Assembly (NCBI GenBank): GCA_963850905.1
Contig: CAWKMU010000003.1
Location: 3,392,001-3,456,000, forward strand
Length of the DNA stretch: 64,000 nt
Reading direction: 5' to 3'
DNA from: an uncultured Gemmatimonadales bacterium
Lineage (GTDB): Bacteria; Gemmatimonadota; Gemmatimonadetes; Gemmatimonadales; Gemmatimonadaceae
Both the position numbers and the translations under genes were made by a program. Under the pieces are notes generated by a model. That model was given only the letters and a program-made list of their open reading frames with translations. It searched no databases and was not told the origin of the DNA. This document shows, piece by piece, positions 57,998 to 64,000 of this stretch; the stretch's first letter is position 1; the number at the start of each line of letters is the position of its first letter.

Positions 57998-59552
57998 GCT
58001 GTGGCCCAGGTGGATCTTCCTCCGCGCGATGGGGCTCATCTTCGGCTCCGCCTTCTACTCACTGCTCTTCCAGATTCACGGGTTGATCGGAGAGCGCGGA
58101 ATCCTCCCTGCGACATCATACTTGCACGCCGTCCGCGACGCGGTCCCGGCCGCGAGTCGGTACTGGCTCGTACCCACGTTGCTGTGGGTGTCCTCGAGCG
58201 ACCGCGCGCTCAGTATCGTCGTCTGGGTCGGTCTCGCGGCCTCGTTACTCCTGGCGCTCAACGTGGTCCCGCGGCTGGCCTCCGTCCTGTGCACGGTCGC
58301 CTTTCTCTCCTGCATCGCGGCCCTGCAGGAGTTCGCCTCGTATCAGTCCGACGGGATGCTGCTCCAAGCAGGCGTCGCGTGCGTGTGCCTCGCCCCCGCA
58401 GGGATGCGGCCCGGACTGGCCGCGTCGGCTCCTCCGTCTCGCGCCGCCATCTGGCTGCTGCGATGGGAATGGTTTGCCATCTATTTCGAGTCGGGAGTGG
58501 TCAAGATCCTGAGCGGTGACGTCCAGTGGCGCACGCTGACAGCCATGGACCACTATTACGAAGATAGCCCCCTGCCGGCATGGCCCGGTTGGTACGCACA
58601 GCAACTGCCGCACGCCTTCCACGCGGCCACCGTGCTGCTGACGTTCGCGTTGGAGTTCGTCGCGCCTTGGGTGGTGTTCCTCACCCGCCGGCCGCGAATC
58701 ATCCTCGCGGGCATCGTCTCCGCCTTCCAGGTCGGCATCATCGTCACCTCCAACTACGGCTTCTTGAACGTGCTCGTCCTCCTGCTCGGCGTGGCGCTCG
58801 TCGACGACCGCGCGCTCACAGGGGCCGCACGGTGGCTGAGCGAGCGCGTGCCGCGCGCGGTTCGCTCGCGCGGAGACGCCATGCTCGCACACCTGCGCGG
58901 CGCCGCGCGGCTCCGCCACCGCAGCGGATTGCCGGAGTTGCCCTCGACGAGGCGTGGCTCGCGGTGGTACGGCTGGCTCACCGTCGCCGTCCTGGTCATC
59001 ACGGTGTACGTGGGCGTCGTCGACTTCCTGCCGGTCGCACTCCCCGAGGGACTGCGCACGCCGGCCCGTCTGCTGGCGCCATTCCGCGTGGCCAATGCGT
59101 ACGGCTTGTACGCCGTGATGACGACCGCCGAGTACGAGATCGAGTTTCAGGGACGCGGCAACGATACCACGTGGGTGCCGTACCCGTTTCGCTACAAGCC
59201 CCAGAACCCGAGCGTCGCACCGCGCCTTTACGTCCCCTACCAACCGCGGTTCGACTGGAACCTGTGGTTTGCCTCCCTAGCCCCTTGGAACAACAACCCG
59301 TGGGTCGTCATGACGCAGGTCCAACTGCTGACCAACGACCCGAGTGTGCTCTCCCTCTTCGCCGCGAACCCCTTTGCCGCCAGCCCGCCGACCGCCGTGC
59401 GAAGCGTGCTCTGGCGATACTGGTTCACGGATGACGCGACGCGTCGCCGCACCGGCCAATGGTGGCATCGCGAGCTGCTGGGTCTTTACGGGGGCACCGT
59501 TAGCCGAGCCAGCGACGGGTCGGTGCATTTTGAACCGCCGAACCCCAATTAG
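57996..59552 (+). CDS. Lipase maturation factor (LMF) family membrane protein
   Basis: IFLRAMGLIF, GLIGERGILP, YQSDGMLL, YFESGVVK, NYGFLN, YGLYAVMT, PYQPRFDWNLWF. Confidence 0.88.
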   Translation: MLWPRWIFLRAMGLIFGSAFYSLLFQIHGLIGERGILPATSYLHAVRDAVPAASRYWLVPTLLWVSSSDRALSIVVWVGLAASLLLALNVVPRLASVLCTVAFLSCIAALQEFASYQSDGMLLQAGVACVCLAPAGMRPGLAASAPPSRAAIWLLRWEWFAIYFESGVVKILSGDVQWRTLTAMDHYYEDSPLPAWPGWYAQQLPHAFHAATVLLTFALEFVAPWVVFLTRRPRIILAGIVSAFQVGIIVTSNYGFLNVLVLLLGVALVDDRALTGAARWLSERVPRAVRSRGDAMLAHLRGAARLRHRSGLPELPSTRRGSRWYGWLTVAVLVITVYVGVVDFLPVALPEGLRTPARLLAPFRVANAYGLYAVMTTAEYEIEFQGRGNDTTWVPYPFRYKPQNPSVAPRLYVPYQPRFDWNLWFASLAPWNNNPWVVMTQVQLLTNDPSVLSLFAANPFAASPPTAVRSVLWRYWFTDDATRRRTGQWWHRELLGLYGGTVSRASDGSVHFEPPNPN

Positions 59553-59554
59553 GT

Positions 59555-59589
59555 CGTCCAGTGTCTAGCGTCCAGCGTCTAGCGTCTAG
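59555..59589. repeat. Heptamer tandem repeat CGTC(C/T)AG x5
   Basis: cgtccag tgtctag cgtccag cgtctag cgtctag, between convergent genes. Confidence 0.78.
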
Positions 59590-62037
59590 CCTCCCGGCGT
59601 CTTTACCGGACACAGCCTCATCCCCGTGGGCCGCATCAGCGCGACGAACCGTGGGTCGTGCTTCAGGGCGTCGAACGTCGGATCGCATGCGAGTCCGGTC
59701 CACATTGGCTCGGCCGCGTGCCGCTCGACCCCCCGGGCCACCCACGCCAGCGCAGAGTCGCGGTGCCCCAGCGCGAGCTGCGCGTCGGCAAAATCGAGGG
59801 GATGAGACGGCGCCGCTTCTGACATCGGGCCGCATCGCCGCCAGCAGTGAATCGCCCACCGCCCGCCGGCCTTCGGCAACCTCGGCCCACGTGGCTGCAC
59901 TCCGGATGCCCATGCCACGCGGCGCCGTATGGAGCGCATGCTCCGCGGCGAGGAGCGCGCTGTCGGGGTGGCCCCCGAACAGCTCCGCCTCGATGAGCGT
60001 CGCGTGCAGCCCCGCCAGCGTCGAGTCGAGGGCCAGGCCGTGTCGCGCGATCCCGGCCGCGTCACCGTACCGGCCGGCGTCGACTAGCGCCGAGCTCAGG
60101 ATCTGGCTCGTCATCGGCGTCAACGGGTCAATGTCGTAGGCCATCATCGCATGGTTCACGGCCTCATCGGCTTCGCCCAGCGCGATGAAGAGGTCCGCGT
60201 GCCAGAGATGCACGAGCGGATTCGACGGATCGAGCGCCACGCTCCGATTCAGCTCGGCGTCCGCGTCGGCCCACCGCCATTGCTGGATACGGACCTCGCC
60301 CAACGCAAGATGCGCATCCGCGAGTCCCGGGTCGGACGCCAGAGCCTGCGTCGCTTCACGCTCCGCAAGCGGCATCACGGAGTCCGCCCGGGCGCCGCCA
60401 TAGCGTGGCAGCAGCAGATACGACATCGCGAGCGCAGCGTGTGCGCGCGCGAAGGTAGAGTCGCGCGCAATCGCCTGCTGGTACAACGCAACTGCGTGCC
60501 AGAGCGATGGGGCATCGCCCTTCGTGAAGAAGTAGCGGCCTTGCAGGAAAAGATCGTAGGCGGTCAGATCGGTCGTACCATGCGGACCGAGTGCGGGCGG
60601 GGTCGTGTCCGCGGGGATGCCCATGAGTCGCGTATGGAGCGCCGCCGCAATGTCCCGCGCCAATGCATCTTCGACCTGGAAGATGTCGGCCTCCTGCCGC
60701 TCGTACGCGTCACTCCAGATCGCAAGGCCATCGCCCGTGTTGACGAGTTGCACCGTCACTCTCAATCGGCCCGCCGCGCGACGGACGCTTCCCTCGAGCA
60801 CCTCACCAACGTGCAGCTTGGTGCCCACGTCGTGGACGTTGACCGTATCCCCGCGAAAGGTGAACGCCGAGCTGCGCGCGGCGACGCGCAGCCCTGGAAT
60901 GCGAACCAGCGCAGTCGCCAGCTCGTCGGCCATACCATCCGCGAAGTACTCGGCCGCCGTGTCATGACCGACATTGGTGAACGGGAGGACGGCGATCAAT
61001 GGCGTGGTGGCTGCGTCCCGGGCCATCGCCTCCGAATGACGCCGCGACCGGACGGCCACTACCCCTACTAGTGTGATTGCGATCGCGGCAGCGATCACGC
61101 GCCACGCAGATCGAATCGAAACCGAAACAGGCGCACCGGGCGCCGCCGCCGGCCGCACCGTCCCCGGTGCCGGCGTCGACATCGCATCGATCGCGTGCAC
61201 CACCTCGTCTGCGCTCCCCGGACGCTTGACGGGCTCTTTGTCCAGGCAGCGCATGACCAAGCCGGCAAGCACGGGGGGCGTACCCGGACATCGGTCGCGG
61301 ACCGACACCGGCAGCTCGATCGCGTGCGCCGCGACCATCGCCTGTGCGGACCTTCCCGCGAACGGCGTGTTCCCCGTCAACATCTCGTACGCAGTCACGC
61401 CAAGTGCGTAGAGGTCCGCTCGGTAATCGATTGCCGGATCTGCGAGTGCTTGCTCGGGGGCCATGTACGCAGGCGTGCCAAGTGCCACGCCCATCGACGT
61501 AATGCCGGCAAGGCCGGAGGCCTCCGGCGTTGTCGTCGACGCAGCAATCGCCTTGGCCACCCCGAAGTCGGCGACCAGCGCGTGGTGCTTCGTGAGGAGA
61601 ATGTTGTCAGGCTTGATGTCGCGGTGAACGACGCCGCGTTCGTGTGCGTAGGCAAGCGCTGACGCCACGTCACGCATGATACGGGCGACTTCGGCGGCGG
61701 GGAGCGGACCCGTCCTGACGAGCCGAGCCCGCAAGGATTCGCCATCGACGAACGGCATGGTGAAGTACGGCAGGCCATCCGCGTCACCGGCAGCGATCAA
61801 CGGGACGATGCTGGGATGCTGTAGGCGAGCCGCCAGGAGAATCTCGCGCCGAAAGCGCTCGTGACTCACGGCGGCCGACATCTCGGGGGCCAACACCTTG
61901 ATGACGAGCTTGCGTGCCAAGGTGTGCTCCACAGCCACAAACACCCGCGACATCCCGCCACCACCGAGCTCGCGTTCGATGGTGTACGAGGCCCCGAGCG
62001 ACGCCTGCAGTTGTGACTGGAGTCCTTCTAGCTCCAA
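59586..62037 (-). CDS. Hanks-type Ser/Thr kinase with TM helix, TolB-like domain and TPR repeats; frameshift near 59810
   Basis: LGGGGMS, HRDIKPDN, DFG, GTPAYMAPE, IAVLPF...YFADG, TPRs. The C-terminus DPTFDALKHDPRF is in a shifted frame. Confidence 0.92.
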
Positions 62038-62098
62038 ACGACTCTTCCTGGCTCCGGCTGACCCGTTGGTGTGCGGGTCCTAACATAGCCGCATGGCC

Positions 62099-64000
62099 TC
62101 AGTGTCGCACGTCCTCGCGCGCTTCGGCGCGCCAGGCGGTGAAGAGCGAATCGCGCGACACGGGATAAAAGGCCGGCAGCGCCCCCGGCGCCGAAGACGC
62201 TGGATGGACGATGTACACCGGCCGGTCCGGGTACGCGGCAACGAGAAGCGTATCACGCCCGTGCAAATCGCGCGCGTACACGTTACCGTCGGCAGCACCG
62301 ACGGCGAGGAGGACGGCAAGCGGCGAGCTCCCCGCGGCGGCTTCAGCTAGTCGTCGCTCGCAATGTGGCGGGTACGCGTAGCCCCGCTGCACCCGCAAGC
62401 GCTCGCCAGCGGGCCCGCCGGCCCGTACGATGCCCACTGTCGTCGAGTCGCGCAGCAGCGGGGCAAAGGCCGAATAGAGCGCAGCGTCATCGCGGTCGCC
62501 ACGTCGTGCGCGCGCTTCCAGTGCCGCCACCGCGGAATCGAGCCGGCACACGTCGACCTCACGATACAACGTCTCGACATGCTCATGCGACACACCGAGT
62601 GCCCAGAGGCGGGCGATCAGCTGCGCGACCCACCCTTCGCGAACGAAAACCAGCGCATTGCGCACGCCCGACTGCGCCGCCACCTCCGGTGTCGCCCACC
62701 GCTCTGTCGCGAAGTTGTGCCGGTATTCGGCCGCCCGAAGCGGGACGCCGAGCACGAGAGCGATCGCGGCGCTGGTGGCGAGCGCACCGATCGAGACGCG
62801 ATTGACGAATGCCGCCGTCGCCGCCGTCCGCGGTGACACACGCAGGCGCTCGCGCAGCAGTGACGGGAAGCGCACGGTCCACAGCGCGGCTACGGGTCCG
62901 AAGGTGTACACAAACCGCGGGCCCAGGAAGTTGCCGTCCGCCCAATAAGCGAAGTAGAGGCCCGTGACGAGCGCGCAGCTGATCAGGAGATACCGATCGG
63001 GCGGACGCAGTCGCTTCGTCAGTGCGAGCGCCCCGATCGCTGGAAGCAAGGCAGGGACCGGCGTCTCGTACAGATAATCCTGCAACCGGAGAAAATAGAG
63101 GTTGACGAGCTGCAACCCCCGCGCAGGGGTATGCGTTCCGCCCCATGGTGCCCGGTGGAATCCCAGATCGTGGTCGTGGCCCCACAGCACCTGATAACCG
63201 AAGAGCAGCGGTGCGCCCGTCGTGTGCGCGTTCACGTACAGCATCGCGCATATCGGCAGCGCCACGCCGGCCAGCGCGGCCAACGCGTCAGCCCATCGGC
63301 GCGGCGTTCGAAGCGCGCGCCACACGTACCAGACAGCGGCCGGCGCCGCAAACGCCAGCGCATCGACCGGTCGAATCGTCGCGGCGGCGCCAAACCCGAG
63401 TCCGCTGACGAATGCCAGGCCTGGACGTCCACCCTCCTCCGCTGGCCGTGCGGTGACGTGCAGGAGCGCGCCGGCGCCTACGAGAATGCCCATCAGCGCG
63501 GTGACATGGTTCATGTGCGATCCGGACATGAACACCGTGAAGGGAGCGACCGCAAACAGCGCCACCGCCGCGATCGCGATGCGCGCGTTGGGCTCGGCCA
63601 CGCGTGCCAGCGCGGCGAACGCAATGACAGACAGCGCCGCGCAGACCGGCACGACGAGCCACGTGGCGCCCGCGAGGACGCCGAGCGCGAGCAAGGCGGG
63701 GCCACCCGGCGGAAACTGGGAGTACACCCGTCCGCCGGCATCGACCATGAGGAGGGAGCTGAAGAACTCTGGATGGGACGGCGCCGGAAGCCACAGGTGG
63801 CCCGCGGCGAAGATCTGGGCCTGCCGTTCTTCGACGATCTCATCGACCAGCAACGGGCGCCCGTGGAAGAGCCAGTGCGCGACTGCGATGTACAAACAGG
63901 CGCCGAAGAGTGCGATGGCGGCGACGGCGAGGTGGGGCGAGCGTTCCGCGCGGGACCCCAACCAGTCGGCCAGCCTGGTGGGCAAGCGCCACTGCGATCC
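62099..64000 (-). CDS. GT-C-type (ArnT/PMT-like) polytopic membrane glycosyltransferase, probably 5'-truncated by the window
   Basis: DE motif after a TM helix (LLVDE), SQFPPG, many TM helices, GPRF. Confidence 0.6.
   Translation of the reverse strand, partial: GSQWRLPTRLADWLGSRAERSPHLAVAAIALFGACLYIAVAHWLFHGRPLLVDEIVEERQAQIFAAGHLWLPAPSHPEFFSSLLMVDAGGRVYSQFPPGGPALLALGVLAGATWLVVPVCAALSVIAFAALARVAEPNARIAIAAVALFAVAPFTVFMSGSHMNHVTALMGILVGAGALLHVTARPAEEGGRPGLAFVSGLGFGAAATIRPVDALAFAAPAAVWYVWRALRTPRRWADALAALAGVALPICAMLYVNAHTTGAPLLFGYQVLWGHDHDLGFHRAPWGGTHTPARGLQLVNLYFLRLQDYLYETPVPALLPAIGALALTKRLRPPDRYLLISCALVTGLYFAYWADGNFLGPRFVYTFGPVAALWTVRFPSLLRERLRVSPRTAATAAFVNRVSIGALATSAAIALVLGVPLRAAEYRHNFATERWATPEVAAQSGVRNALVFVREGWVAQLIARLWALGVSHEHVETLYREVDVCRLDSAVAALEARARRGDRDDAALYSAFAPLLRDSTTVGIVRAGGPAGERLRVQRGYAYPPHCERRLAEAAAGSSPLAVLLAVGAADGNVYARDLHGRDTLLVAAYPDRPVYIVHPASSAPGALPAFYPVSRDSLFTAWRAEAREDVRH

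Noticed and set aside
59586..62037. Kinase-TolB-TPR protein as a novel system
   Set aside because: This is a familiar architecture that is often multi-copy in such genomes, and no distinctive partner gene is adjacent.

Overview
This is a high-GC (about 68-70% by eye) bacterial core-genome window. Gene content and protein style suggest Gemmatimonadota, which is an inference. Almost all genes are on the minus strand. The order read 5'->3' on that strand is: GT-C glycosyltransferase, Ser/Thr kinase-TPR, [lipase maturation factor on +], FAD oxidoreductase, [small HTH gene on +], pepA, outer-membrane plug/barrel protein, yicC-gmk-rpoZ-coaBC-udg-dnaB-radA-ispD-tsaC-LMW phosphatase-aroE, gap-(small membrane ORF)-pgk-tpiA-secG-carA, HU, moaD-moaE-moaA, mdh-sdhCAB, [dcd on +], the full 14-gene nuoA-N operon, PMM/PGM, UPF0182, sucC-sucD-(PTS EIIA/CBS fusion)-ndk, yceD-rpmF-plsX-fabD-fabG-acpP, and the futalosine menaquinone genes mqnE-mqnA-mqnC. 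Many essential genes, especially between about 1 and 30.6 kb, are broken by single-base indels. These look like sequencing or assembly errors rather than pseudogenes, so coordinates for those genes are approximate. I saw no rRNA, tRNA, CRISPR array, transposase or prophage. The best candidates for undescribed biology are: an EIIA-CBS fusion between the two phosphohistidine enzymes SucD and Ndk; a Rex-like operator on a clear nuo promoter; a two-TM ORF coupled between gap and pgk; a small HTH gene with its own promoter and operator repeats; a REP/REPIN element; a family of intergenic heptamer repeats; head-to-head genes sharing a CATG; and lineage-specific additions to complex I subunits.
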